DNA of 64,000 nt from Candidatus Sungiibacteriota bacterium (GCA_016180435.1 JACPBG010000003.1:13791-77790); one strand, 5' to 3'. Shown: positions 35,954-44,993, counted from the first letter of the stretch. Translations and numbers: made by a program. Notes: generated by a model not told the origin, from the sequence alone.

Positions 35954-36359
35954 TGTTTTCCCGGCGGCAGAAGTTACTTTTGAGGTGAGCAAAAATGAGC
36001 GGTTAACCCTATTTTTTATCATTGATTCCGGAGCGGCAATTTCCGCACTTCCTAAAAGCGATGCTCCAATGCTTGGTATAGATGCCAAGAGCGGTATTTT
36101 GACGAATATTTCTGGTGTCGGCGGAAATTCCGTTATTGGCTGGACGCATGAAGTTGCTGTGGGTTTGGGGAAATATAATTTAAAGCTCCCGATCGTCTTT
36201 TTGGATCATAGCGAAGCGCCTCGGGTATTAGGACGTGCCGGACTCTTTAACCGCTATACGATTATTTTTGAAGAAACCAAACATAGAAGCAGTTTCATGG
36301 ATAATTCTACCAAGGAGTCCCGTAAAATTGCTAAAATCGTTGATGGGGGCGCATCTTAG
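35895..36359 (+). CDS. Retropepsin-like (clan AA) aspartic protease
   Basis: FIIDSGAAISALP (D-S/T-G-A catalytic motif) and about 150 aa, typical of bacterial Asp_protease_2 proteins. Confidence 0.65.
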   Translation: MPNIQIFPYGITLREGGAVDVFPAAEVTFEVSKNERLTLFFIIDSGAAISALPKSDAPMLGIDAKSGILTNISGVGGNSVIGWTHEVAVGLGKYNLKLPIVFLDHSEAPRVLGRAGLFNRYTIIFEETKHRSSFMDNSTKESRKIAKIVDGGAS

Positions 36360-36458
36360 AGGTTAAGAAAAATCAGTTCCGGCTTAGCCGGTTTTTTAAT
36401 TGCGTGCTTAATCGGTTCGTGGTATTCTCAAAGAAGCACTTTTCTACGGAGAAATGAG

Positions 36459-37064
36459 ATGAAGAAGGCCCATTTATTGGCGTTGACTGTTTTGATTGTT
36501 GCGCTTTACGCCAACAGCATATTCGCTCAAGAGATTAAAGTAGGCGGGAAGAGTTTCCAATTTTCCGAGATTCTTTCTAAAACAAAATTAGAGGGCGATA
36601 TAGTGACAAATCCCATCGACTATAAAATCGTTACCATACGTTTTGCGCCGGGTTCGAGCTGGAAACAACAGCTTCCGGAGCTTCAGAATCGCATATGGGG
36701 GTTGAACAAACTCAATTTTAGTTTTAATATTTTTTCTGATTACAGTCCGTTTTATCAACTGGAAGGCGAACTTTTATTTTATCCTAATACAAAATTCGGT
36801 ACTGTTAGAGTGGAAATTTATACGGTGAGCTACGCCGAGCGCCACCGTTTTAGCAGATTGACCGATATTTGGAATAAAATATTGGTCATTACGGAGAAAT
36901 CAAGAGAGACAGATGGAATGGGATTATCGTGTGTTGAGATGACCGGGCTTTTATATTTAAGCGACGCGGTTCAAGAAAATACCGTGATGACCCTGGACGA
37001 ATCCGAATGGAAATTCAATTTTGATCCGCAATCCGCCGAACTTGTGAATTGCAATAAAAAATAA
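36459..37064 (+). CDS. Secreted hypothetical protein
   Basis: Signal peptide MKKAHLLALTVLIVALYANSIFA; a terminator hairpin aaccccgtcaaggggtt follows. Confidence 0.45.
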   Translation: MKKAHLLALTVLIVALYANSIFAQEIKVGGKSFQFSEILSKTKLEGDIVTNPIDYKIVTIRFAPGSSWKQQLPELQNRIWGLNKLNFSFNIFSDYSPFYQLEGELLFYPNTKFGTVRVEIYTVSYAERHRFSRLTDIWNKILVITEKSRETDGMGLSCVEMTGLLYLSDAVQENTVMTLDESEWKFNFDPQSAELVNCNKK

Positions 37065-37108
37065 AACCCCGTCAAGGGGTTATTTTATTTAAACGCGCGG
37101 ATGTTTTA

Positions 37109-37313
37109 CCCCGTTAGAACGCCGTCGACTCCTGTCGGCGGTAATGGCAGAGATAAATGATGGAAGTGTAATGCTCCCATCTACGGGTCGCTCGCCCCGT
37201 TAGAGATGCGGCGCGACAAGACCCCGGCGGTACTAGTGAAAAATGTAATTTTTTTCTTAAATGGATTCAACTCTATAAATCTCTAACGGGGCGAAGCGCC
37301 CGTTCTAACGGGG
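37109..37313. mobile_element. Nested CCCCGTTAGAG-TIR MITE-like element (outer TIR ccccgttagaacg / cgttctaacgggg; inner TIR ccccgttagagat / atctctaacgggg)
   Basis: Two concentric pairs of perfect 13-bp inverted repeats in the hyp-glyA intergenic region. Confidence 0.7.
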
Positions 37314-37351
37314 TTTTACAATAAACAATAGATGTTTTAGAATTTAAGAAT

Positions 37352-38722
37352 ATGGCAATGCAATATAAAAACGTAAAAAAATATGATAGGGAGATTTATA
37401 ATCTTATCCGTGAAGAAGAACGAAGGCAGAAAGATGGGTTGGAACTTATCCCTTCGGAAAGTTACGCATCCGCCGCTGTGCTTGAGGCCCTGGGCAGTAT
37501 TTTGAATGACAAATATGCGGAGAATTATCCGGGAAAACGCTATTACGGCGGGTGCGAGACCGTGGATAAGGTGGAACGGTTGTGCCAGGAACGCGCCTTA
37601 AAAGTTTTTCGCGCGCAAGGATACAAAGTAAATGTCCAGCCCTATTCCGGAAGTCCGGCCAATATTGAGGTGTATGCGGGATTGCTTGATTTTGGAGATA
37701 CGATCATGGCTTTGCGCTTGGATCATGGCGGCCACTTGACCCACGGTTCTCCGGTAAGTTTTTCAGGTAAGGCATACAAATTTATTCATTATGGAGTTGA
37801 TCCAAAAACTGAATGTCTTGATTATGACGAAATTGCGCGGCTCGCCCAAAAACATAAGCCCAAAATTATTCTTTCCGGATTTACCGCCTATCCGCGGCTG
37901 ATAGATTTTAAAAAAATGCACGCGATTGCAAAATCTGTCGGCGCAATTTCCATGGCGGACATTTCGCATATTTCGGGACTTATCATCGGCGGCGCTCATC
38001 CCTCGCCTTTTCCGTTCACGGATGTGGTGACAACTACTACGCATAAAACCCTGCGCGGTCCGCGCGCGGCTATGATATTTTCTCGAAAAGATAAAAGTAT
38101 AAAGATAAAAGATAAAAACGTCTTGATTTCTGAAGCTATTGATAAGGCAGTTTTCCCCGGCATGCAGGGCGGGCCGCATGAGCACACGATCGCGGCAATT
38201 GCCGTGGCTTTGCACGAGGCAAAAAAACCGGAATTCAGAAAATTTGCGGAGCAGGTGGTTAAAAATGCCAAAGTACTTGCCATAGCCATCCAAAAAGAAG
38301 GACTCCGTTTAATTTCGGGGGGAACCGATAATCATCTGATGTTAATTGATTTACGGCCGTTTGGCCCGGGTAGGGGAAAATTTATTGAAAAAGCATTGGA
38401 GGCAGTACGTATTAGTGTAAACAAAAGTCCTATTCCCAATGACCCTTCGCCGCCGTTTTATCCGTCCGGAGTCCGTCTGGGCACCCCGGCGATAACCAGC
38501 CGCGGCATGAAAGAAAAAGAAATGCGTGTTATTGCGGGATTTATCGCGCGTGTGGTGCGGGAATTTTCGCACGTCATACTGCCGGAGGAAAAATCCGAGC
38601 GCGCCACGGCGGTACGTGAATTTACCCAGAAACTTTCTCGCAGCCAATTTGTCAAAAAAATAGGTAGTGAGGTTAAACAGTTCGCATCAAGATTTCCGGT
38701 CCCGGGGATTGACACGAAATAA
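37352..38722 (+). CDS. glyA: Serine hydroxymethyltransferase
   Basis: SHMT motifs (LIPSENY-type N-terminus, PLP-Lys region TTTTHKTLRGPR). Has an in-frame AAAGATAAAAG repeat at 38086-38116 (KDKSIKIKDKN). Confidence 0.95.
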   Translation: MAMQYKNVKKYDREIYNLIREEERRQKDGLELIPSESYASAAVLEALGSILNDKYAENYPGKRYYGGCETVDKVERLCQERALKVFRAQGYKVNVQPYSGSPANIEVYAGLLDFGDTIMALRLDHGGHLTHGSPVSFSGKAYKFIHYGVDPKTECLDYDEIARLAQKHKPKIILSGFTAYPRLIDFKKMHAIAKSVGAISMADISHISGLIIGGAHPSPFPFTDVVTTTTHKTLRGPRAAMIFSRKDKSIKIKDKNVLISEAIDKAVFPGMQGGPHEHTIAAIAVALHEAKKPEFRKFAEQVVKNAKVLAIAIQKEGLRLISGGTDNHLMLIDLRPFGPGRGKFIEKALEAVRISVNKSPIPNDPSPPFYPSGVRLGTPAITSRGMKEKEMRVIAGFIARVVREFSHVILPEEKSERATAVREFTQKLSRSQFVKKIGSEVKQFASRFPVPGIDTK

Positions 38723-38783
38723 TCAGTATGTTACGTATAAACACATAAGTTCTTTATAGATTTTTTGCGTAGATGGTAGCAAT

Positions 38784-39071
38784 ATGAAGAAGCGGACATT
38801 CATGATGTTGGTTGCGATCTTTCTTCTTGTGCCGATTGGCAGTTTTGGGCAAAATAAGCCGGTTGATATCTGTATTTCAGTAATTGATATGCAGATCGTC
38901 CCGGTTGCACGAATTCCTTTCTTCGGTGGGCAAGTGCTTGTAGGAGGGCGTCGCTATCAATTGCCCGACGGCAGGATCATCGAAATTCCCATTCCAGTCT
39001 TTCCGGAACACATGAAAATCGGATCAGATGGATTGCCCCTTTATTGCGGGCCACACAAAGTAGTGAAATAA
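38784..39071 (+). CDS. Small secreted hypothetical protein (95 aa)
   Basis: Signal peptide; preceded by the repeated promoter-bearing 60-mer gattgacacgaaataatcagtatgttacgtataaacacataagttcttt (38700-38755). Confidence 0.4.
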   Translation: MKKRTFMMLVAIFLLVPIGSFGQNKPVDICISVIDMQIVPVARIPFFGGQVLVGGRRYQLPDGRIIEIPIPVFPEHMKIGSDGLPLYCGPHKVVK

Positions 39072-39128
39072 AGGAAGCCATTTGCGCTTCCTATTTTATT
39101 TGACCCATTTTGCGGCTAATGATATTAT
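39072..39128 (+). promoter_or_regulatory. Terminator-promoter cassette (hairpin aggaagccatttgcgcttcct + T-run, then TTGACC-N17-TATTAT)
   Basis: An identical 70-nt block recurs at 39947-40003; a variant terminator half lies at 41172-41201. Confidence 0.6.
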
Positions 39129-39135
39129 AAAAAAT

Positions 39136-39369
39136 ATGAATGTTATTACTATTCCAAAAGGAGAATTTGTGGTTATTCCGCGTAAGGACTACGAGGAACT
39201 TACTGAACTAAAAAAATGGATTCCAGTAGTTAAACCCACCCGGGGTGAGTTACGGGTTATACGGCGCGGTGAGCGGGAGATTGCACGTGGCGAGTACGTT
39301 TCGTGGTCAAAGGTAAAATATGAACTGGAACGCCGTCTTAACCGAAGTCGCAATAAAGCATCTGGATAA
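39136..39369 (+). CDS. Type II antitoxin (Phd/YefM-like N-terminus), cassette 1
   Basis: The ATG lies 8 nt downstream of the -10; MNVITIPKGEFVVIPRKDYEEL; the gene overlaps the downstream toxin. Confidence 0.5.
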   Translation: MNVITIPKGEFVVIPRKDYEELTELKKWIPVVKPTRGELRVIRRGEREIARGEYVSWSKVKYELERRLNRSRNKASG

Positions 39370-39577
39370 AATTCCGGCGCATGATGTCAAGGCAATTAAA
39401 ATAGTTATACAGCAGATGGAGGAGAATCCATATCTTGGTGATATTGTAAAGCTGGGGGGAGAAAATAATCGTTGGCGAAGACGCGCCGGAAATTATCGCC
39501 TTATGTATAACATTCTTTCCAAAGAAAGGATTATTTTTATTTATGATATTCGACGGCGTACCAGCAATACGTATTAA
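39320..39577 (+). CDS. RelE/ParE-family toxin, cassette 1
   Basis: C-terminus GNYRLMYNI...IIFIYDIRRRTSNTY matches the RelE/ParE motif (GnYRiiY.i.d....v.i..i.hR). 85 aa. Confidence 0.6.
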   Translation: MNWNAVLTEVAIKHLDKIPAHDVKAIKIVIQQMEENPYLGDIVKLGGENNRWRRRAGNYRLMYNILSKERIIFIYDIRRRTSNTY

Positions 39578-39690
39578 AACGTTTCTTTTGACTGAAAAGA
39601 TTTGCCTCCAAATTTCCAGTTCCGGGGATTGACACGAAATAATCAGTATGTTACGTATAAACACATAAGTTCTTTGCATCGGAGGTAATT

Positions 39691-39948
39691 GTGGCTTCCC
39701 AAATACGCATTTTTTTGAAAAGTGCTTACTTTATTTTATGCGTTGATGCTATCGCACAAGGCGGGATTGTATCACTTCTGGTTTTTCGGGATCCCGCCCA
39801 ACTTTCGTATAGCCACGGCTGGGACGTATTTGCGCGGGCATTGTTTCTTTTAATGAGCATATGTTCGGCCGCGGGAGTGTCCATTTTGTGTTTTGCGTTC
39901 TTTTTCTCTTTTACATCGCTCTATAAAAGAGCATTTTTAATCAGTTAG
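39691..39948 (+). CDS. Small membrane protein (85 aa, GTG start)
   Basis: GGAGG 8 nt upstream of a GTG; two or three TM segments. Preceded by the second copy of the gattgacacgaaataatcag... 60-mer (39620-39676). Confidence 0.35.
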   Translation: MASQIRIFLKSAYFILCVDAIAQGGIVSLLVFRDPAQLSYSHGWDVFARALFLLMSICSAAGVSILCFAFFFSFTSLYKRAFLIS

Positions 39949-40010
39949 GAAGCCATTTGCGCTTCCTATTTTATTTGACCCATTTTGCGGCTAATGATAT
40001 TATAAAAAAT

Positions 40011-40247
40011 ATGAATGTGGTTACTATTCCTCAAAAATTAGCGCAGAAAGGTGATTTGGTAGTAGTCCCTCGGCGGGAATATGAGGCGCTTTTACGCAGG
40101 CAGCCCAAACTTATTCCAGTCATAAAGTTGACCCCTCTTGAAATGCGGGCTATTGAAAAAAGCGAGAAAGAACTTGCACGCGGGGATTATGTAACTTTAG
40201 ATGAATTAGAACATGAGTTGGGAAGTGCGAATACCAAAAAACGTTAG
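40011..40247 (+). CDS. Type II antitoxin, cassette 2 (paralogue of 39136..39369)
   Basis: Identical promoter/5' leader; MNVVTIPQKLAQKGDLVVVPRREYEALL. Confidence 0.5.
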   Translation: MNVVTIPQKLAQKGDLVVVPRREYEALLRRQPKLIPVIKLTPLEMRAIEKSEKELARGDYVTLDELEHELGSANTKKR

Positions 40248-40470
40248 GAAATGTATCAAGCGATTCCCCAAGGAAGATCGCGAACGCGTGATTGAAACGC
40301 TTCGCGATTTTGTTATTGATCCGTGGCGCGGGGATATCGCCAAAATTGGCGAAAAGGACAATTTATGGCGCCGACGGATCGGTAATTATCGCATTTCTTA
40401 CTCCATATTTATAAATTTGAACGTTGTTGAAATTAAAGACATTAAAAGGCGTACCAGCAATACGTATTAA
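40213..40470 (+). CDS. RelE/ParE-family toxin, cassette 2
   Basis: GNYRISYSI...VVEIKDIKRRTSNTY; identical C-terminus and 3' flank (taaaacgtttcttttgactgaaaagatttgcctccaaatttccagttccggg) to cassette 1. Confidence 0.6.
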   Translation: MSWEVRIPKNVRKCIKRFPKEDRERVIETLRDFVIDPWRGDIAKIGEKDNLWRRRIGNYRISYSIFINLNVVEIKDIKRRTSNTY

Positions 40471-40609
40471 AACGTTTCTTTTGACTGAAAAGATTTGCCT
40501 CCAAATTTCCAGTTCCGGGAATCTGACCCGATTTTATTGACACCGGAACGGTTTAAATGCTATAAGTAGTTAAAGTTCTTTGCAATTTGTTTAGAGAAAG
40601 GAAAGAGTT

Positions 40610-41164
40610 ATGAATCATAAAAAAGGTCTTACTCTGATGGAGATGTTGATAGTTATGACTGTGATTGGGATTTTGGCAGCGATAATCGTGCCGAGATTGC
40701 AAGAACGTAATCCGTGGTCACCTCCGGAAGTATACGCTTTATTTAGCGGCGAGCACGAATTGCGGCGCATGGTTGAACGTGAGGGCGCTGCTGAAAGTCG
40801 TTTAAGCGGTAGCGGGTTTTTTGTTCTAGGAACCGGAGCGATAACGATTGAAGGTACAACCAAATCGGCAACCCATATCACGTTTGCGTGGAAACATCCA
40901 CATGGAAAGAAAACTTTTGTGATCAGCACCATGCCCATTGAAAAAATACAGCCGACGTTTGACGTTTCGGCAACCGTTCCGCGTATCCGGTTTCAACTGC
41001 ATCCGAATTGTGCAGGAGGTGTGGGAAATGTTCGTTGTCCGGAGTGGAAACTGAAAGAGTGGGGGCCGCAAGCGATGATTGATAGCGGGTACATCGTGTA
41101 TGCGACATTGTTTATAAGAGAAGAGGATTGGCCAACGAAAATTCAGTTGCCGCTTTCAAAATAG
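40610..41164 (+). CDS. Prepilin-type N-terminal cleavage/methylation domain protein (type IV pilin/pseudopilin-like)
   Basis: MNHKKGLTLMEMLIVMTVIGILAAIIVPRL (class III signal peptide, G-[FL]TL-E motif). Confidence 0.75.
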   Translation: MNHKKGLTLMEMLIVMTVIGILAAIIVPRLQERNPWSPPEVYALFSGEHELRRMVEREGAAESRLSGSGFFVLGTGAITIEGTTKSATHITFAWKHPHGKKTFVISTMPIEKIQPTFDVSATVPRIRFQLHPNCAGGVGNVRCPEWKLKEWGPQAMIDSGYIVYATLFIREEDWPTKIQLPLSK

Positions 41165-41401
41165 AATATAAAGGAAGCCCTCGCGCTTCCTATTTTATTT
41201 GATTTTATGCAAATTTTATGCTATTTAAAGGTAGTGTAATGTATCAGGCGTGAAGCGCTACACTAAGAAAATTTTAAGTGAGTCAAAACGGTTGAGGCGT
41301 TTTGTTTTCGAAGCGATGGGGGGCGTTAAATCATGTTTTCCGCCTTAGGCGGACACAATAAGAAAATATCTAAGCGGAGTCATGGGCGGTTGAGGATGTT
41401 T

Positions 41402-41509
41402 GATTTTAGACAATGGGAGGTCCGATTTGCTTGGTTCCGCCGAAGGCGGAAAATCGGACTGACCTTTAGTGAGGCGGCCGCTGGGAGCCGCCGAATCGTG
41501 TCTAAAATC
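41402..41509. repeat. Family-B structured element, compact copy (closing stem gattttagaca/tgtctaaaatc with nested stems), 33 nt upstream of folD
   Basis: An 11-bp closing helix; nested helices gtccgattt/aaatcggac, ccgcc/ggcgg and gcggcc...gccgcc. The homologue at 47375-47614 has compensatory changes (ggcggc/gccgcc versus ggccgc/gcggcc). Confidence 0.7.
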
Positions 41510-41541
41510 AAATATCCGAAAACCGCCATACGAAGCGATCT

Positions 41542-42399
41542 ATGATTTTACTTGACGGGAAAAAACTGGCGGAAAAAATTCTGGATGAGGTGAAAAAGGA
41601 TGTTGCGGGATTGGATGAAAAACCGCGTCTGGCTATTGTGCTGGTGGGCAAAAATACGGCCATTGAGAAATTTATTGAACAAAAAAAGAAGGCCGCGAAG
41701 TCGGTCGGTATTGACGTGTGCATATATCCGTTTGATCAGGCCATAAGTACGAACGAACTCCGTAAGCGTCTTTCCGAAATAGTGCATGAGAAAAAAAATA
41801 CCGGTGTGATTGTGCAGTTACCTTTGCCGGAACAAATTCATGTTCAGTATATTTTAAATGCCATTACGCCCGAAAAAGATGTGGATGTATTATCTTCCCG
41901 CGCGATTGGGAATTTTTCCACCGGACGAAGCAAAATCATGCCGCCGGTTGCAGGCGCCATAAAAGCACTGTTTGAGGAATACGGAATTGATTATAAAAAT
42001 AAGCATGTAGTAATTTTGGGCGCCGGAAATCTGGTTGGAAAGCCGACGGCATTATGGTTGCTCAATGAAAAGGCGACATTTAGCGTTATACGCAGTTCCA
42101 CTCGGCATCCGGAAGAATTTTTGCAGCAAGCCGATATAATAATATCCGGAATCGGTAAACCGGGATTTATCACGGGAAACATGATAAAGGACGGCGCGGT
42201 TTTAATAGATGCCGGAACTTCGGAATCCGAAGGCCCCTCGACCGGGCTCGGGGTAAAAAAATTAGTTGGTGACGTTGATTTTGAGTCAGTTGCCGCCAAA
42301 TGTTCATTTCTTACTCCGGTTCCGGGTGGCGTAGGTCCACTGACAGTTGCGCTACTTTTTAAAAATTTAGTTGCGATATCCCCCCATGAATATCCTTGA
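41542..42399 (+). CDS. folD: Bifunctional methylenetetrahydrofolate dehydrogenase/cyclohydrolase
   Basis: MILLDGKKLAEKI, VQLPLP, ILGAGNLVGKP, and GGVGPLTVA FolD motifs. Confidence 0.95.
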   Translation: MILLDGKKLAEKILDEVKKDVAGLDEKPRLAIVLVGKNTAIEKFIEQKKKAAKSVGIDVCIYPFDQAISTNELRKRLSEIVHEKKNTGVIVQLPLPEQIHVQYILNAITPEKDVDVLSSRAIGNFSTGRSKIMPPVAGAIKALFEEYGIDYKNKHVVILGAGNLVGKPTALWLLNEKATFSVIRSSTRHPEEFLQQADIIISGIGKPGFITGNMIKDGAVLIDAGTSESEGPSTGLGVKKLVGDVDFESVAAKCSFLTPVPGGVGPLTVALLFKNLVAISPHEYP

Positions 42400-42961
42400 T
42401 TTAGAACTATTTAGTATTTTAAACTCTTTAGCCGGAATTAATGAATTTTGGGATGGGATAATTATCTTTCTGGCAAGTTGGACTCTTTATTTTATGATAG
42501 CGGGCGTGGTTATTTTTCCAATTATTCCGTATATATCTTCAGGGTTTTACGGATTTTGGCGAAAGAATAAAGAATTTTTTTTGACAGCCCTGCTGTCGTC
42601 TTTTATCGCGCGGTTTTTATTGACGGAATTAATCCGGATTTTATATTATCGCCCCCGGCCATTTTCTATCGCGCCGGAAATTTTAGCCAAAAGCCAGGTC
42701 TATGTAATCCAGCTTCTGCCCCATGCCAGTAGTTCGTCTTTTCCTTCGGGGCATGCGGCATTTGCTTTTGCATTGGCTTTTGCGGTCTATTACTATTATC
42801 CGCGGCTGGGCGGAGTATTTTTTGCCGTAGCGATTTTAATGGGTGCGGCGCGGGTGGCAGCCGGAGTGCACTGGCCCCTGGATATTTTAGGCGGCGCGGT
42901 TGCGGGGATTGGATCGGCATGGCTACTGTGTGTTCTACGTGATTGGTATTTTAAAAAATAA
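42371..42961 (+). CDS. PAP2-family phosphatase (undecaprenyl-diphosphatase-like)
   Basis: PSGHAAFAF and AAGVHWPLDILGG (PAP2 motifs 2 and 3); multi-TM. Confidence 0.75.
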   Translation: MRYPPMNILDLELFSILNSLAGINEFWDGIIIFLASWTLYFMIAGVVIFPIIPYISSGFYGFWRKNKEFFLTALLSSFIARFLLTELIRILYYRPRPFSIAPEILAKSQVYVIQLLPHASSSSFPSGHAAFAFALAFAVYYYYPRLGGVFFAVAILMGAARVAAGVHWPLDILGGAVAGIGSAWLLCVLRDWYFKK

Positions 42962-43297
42962 AGCCCCGTCGGGGCCTAACATATAAGTTTTCTAATTGTT
43001 CGGTGGTCAGCCTTCGGTTTTTCCGGGGGTTGTTTTATATGGAGTAAATCGCACATTTTGTAAAACATACATTGTTTCGGCGCGTTTGAAATGCATTTTT
43101 TTGCATGATCACAGGGCTTCTCCGCATAACGAAAATCAAAATCATGCGAGCTTCGGCTCATTATTTACTCATTTTTCGGGTACTTCTGCTGTTTTAGCAA
43201 ATTCTTGCGGGGAAAGCAATACTACACGCCGTTTGACAATGCAGGAAAGCGGTTTTACTATATATTCAGTACCTTTAATTCACGGAGATGTTTTTCC

Positions 43298-43855
43298 ATG
43301 AAATTATTTACCGAGTCAAAAATTCTTTGGGGGAGTTTTCTCAAATCCACCGTTCTTAAGGCGCTTGGCATAGTTCTCATGTCGCTGGGCATGCTTGCCT
43401 TATTTGGGGCGCTATTTTTATTCGCATCACGTTTATTTGCGGCTGAAATTTCACTTGTGCCCAAGTGTGTCCCATTTTCTATGTCAGAAGTTCCGGATGA
43501 GACCAGGCCGGAGTGGAAGTTTATGTATGAATGGAAAGTTGATGATGACCGCACAGGATTTATGTATGAAATTGATTCCGGATTTCATCTCGGCGTGTGG
43601 TATCATTTTGGGAAACTTGCACACAAGGCATGGGCTTGTGACGCGTCGGAGAATAACGGAAAACATCCGTTGGACAAAGCCGATCATATGATTTCAATCT
43701 TTCTGGAAGACGGAACATGGTCAATTCCGGTTTATGCCCAGCGGCCCGAGCGTATGAATTTATACGCAGGATCGGTTCTCTCCGGATATTTTTTATATCT
43801 CCGGGATAAAGATGGCAATATAGTCGCGTGGCGAACTATTGAACGCCCAAAGTAA
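43298..43855 (+). CDS. Membrane-anchored hypothetical protein
   Basis: Started at MKLFTESK with GGAG 12 nt upstream; N-terminal TM segment. Confidence 0.45.
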   Translation: MKLFTESKILWGSFLKSTVLKALGIVLMSLGMLALFGALFLFASRLFAAEISLVPKCVPFSMSEVPDETRPEWKFMYEWKVDDDRTGFMYEIDSGFHLGVWYHFGKLAHKAWACDASENNGKHPLDKADHMISIFLEDGTWSIPVYAQRPERMNLYAGSVLSGYFLYLRDKDGNIVAWRTIERPK

Positions 43856-43927
43856 AACCGTTCCTTTTGGAGCGGATTTTTATTGATTTTTTTGAATTTT
43901 ACATTACAATGGGAAAGTATAGAAGAC

Positions 43928-44010
43928 GGGCGAGTGGCGGAATGGTTTACGCGCACGACTCAAAATCGTGTGGTCGAAAGGCCGTGTGGGTTCGAATCCC
44001 ACCTCGCCCA
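43928..44010 (+). tRNA. tRNA-Leu (anticodon CAA), class II with a long variable arm; CCA not encoded
   Basis: Acceptor stem GGGCGAG/CTCGCCC with discriminator A; anticodon stem-loop CACGA-CTCAAAA-TCGTG (anticodon CAA); variable arm TGGTCGAAAGGCCGTGT; T-arm GTGGG-TTCGAAT-CCCAC. Confidence 0.85.
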
Positions 44011-44024
44011 ATTAGTATTTTTTT

Positions 44025-44801
44025 ATGGCCAGAATCATCACATTATGTAATCAAAAAGGCGGGGTGGGGAAATCAACATCGGCTCAAAACCTTTCGGTTT
44101 TTTTGGCGGCACTTGGAAAAAAAGTGCTATTGGTTGATTTTGATCCGCAAGCCAATACCACGTCTGGCCTTGGTTTTAACCCGCGCAAAATAGAAAAAAG
44201 CATTTATCATGCGCTTATCGGGAAAATTACCGCTAGCGACGCCGTAAAAAAAAGCGGGATTCTGGCTGTTGATATTTTGCCGGCATCTCCTGCGCTTGCC
44301 GGCGCGTCGGTGGAACTTGTTGACATGCGCAGCCGAGAGTATAAACTAAAAGAAATCCTTGAGCCGTTGCGCCGGAAATACGACTTTATTATAATTGATT
44401 CTCCGCCGAGTTTAGGGCTTCTTACCATAAACGCGCTTACCGCATCGCAAAAGGTGGTTATCCCGGTGCAGTGCGAATATTACGCCCTGGAGGGCCTTGC
44501 TGATCTGCTCCGTACTATACAGCTTGTTAATTCCAATTTGAAAACCCGTACCGCTATTTTAGGAGCGCTTCTCACCATGTATGACCGGAAATCGCGTTTG
44601 CATCGCGCAGTAGCCAAAGAAATCCGGCGTAAATTCCCGGGATACGTGTTTGAGGCCGTGATTCCGCGAAACATAAGTTTGGCCGAAGCCCCGTCATTTG
44701 GTAAAACAATTTTGCAATATGATCCGTATTCGCACGGAGCCAAAGCGTATAGGCAATTGGCGGAAGAGATATTGAGGTTGGAGGGAATAAGAAAAATATG
44801 A
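44025..44801 (+). CDS. parA: ParA/Soj chromosome-partitioning ATPase
   Basis: Deviant Walker A KGGVGKST; 258 aa; adjacent to parB. Confidence 0.9.
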   Translation: MARIITLCNQKGGVGKSTSAQNLSVFLAALGKKVLLVDFDPQANTTSGLGFNPRKIEKSIYHALIGKITASDAVKKSGILAVDILPASPALAGASVELVDMRSREYKLKEILEPLRRKYDFIIIDSPPSLGLLTINALTASQKVVIPVQCEYYALEGLADLLRTIQLVNSNLKTRTAILGALLTMYDRKSRLHRAVAKEIRRKFPGYVFEAVIPRNISLAEAPSFGKTILQYDPYSHGAKAYRQLAEEILRLEGIRKI

Positions 44802-44993
44802 TGCCAATCTACAAATCTTATGCCAATTTGGCGAATTGCGAATCGTTACTATTTGAGCTTGCTTGCCTCGCTGTAGCGAGAGCGAAGCGGGTCGATAATA
44901 TACATTTAAGGCATCTTCTCGATTTCACTTAAAGAATAAGTATTTGCAATTTGTAGATTAGCATTAAATTCGCATCGGATTGGCATCACATTT

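Noticed and set aside
44802-44993. parS site between parA and parB
   Set aside because: No match to the TGTTTCACGTGAAACA consensus. The region has a loose inverted repeat (gatgccaatctacaaat… / …atttgtagattagcat) and a cgctgtagcgagagcgaagcg hairpin, but nothing I can assign as parS.
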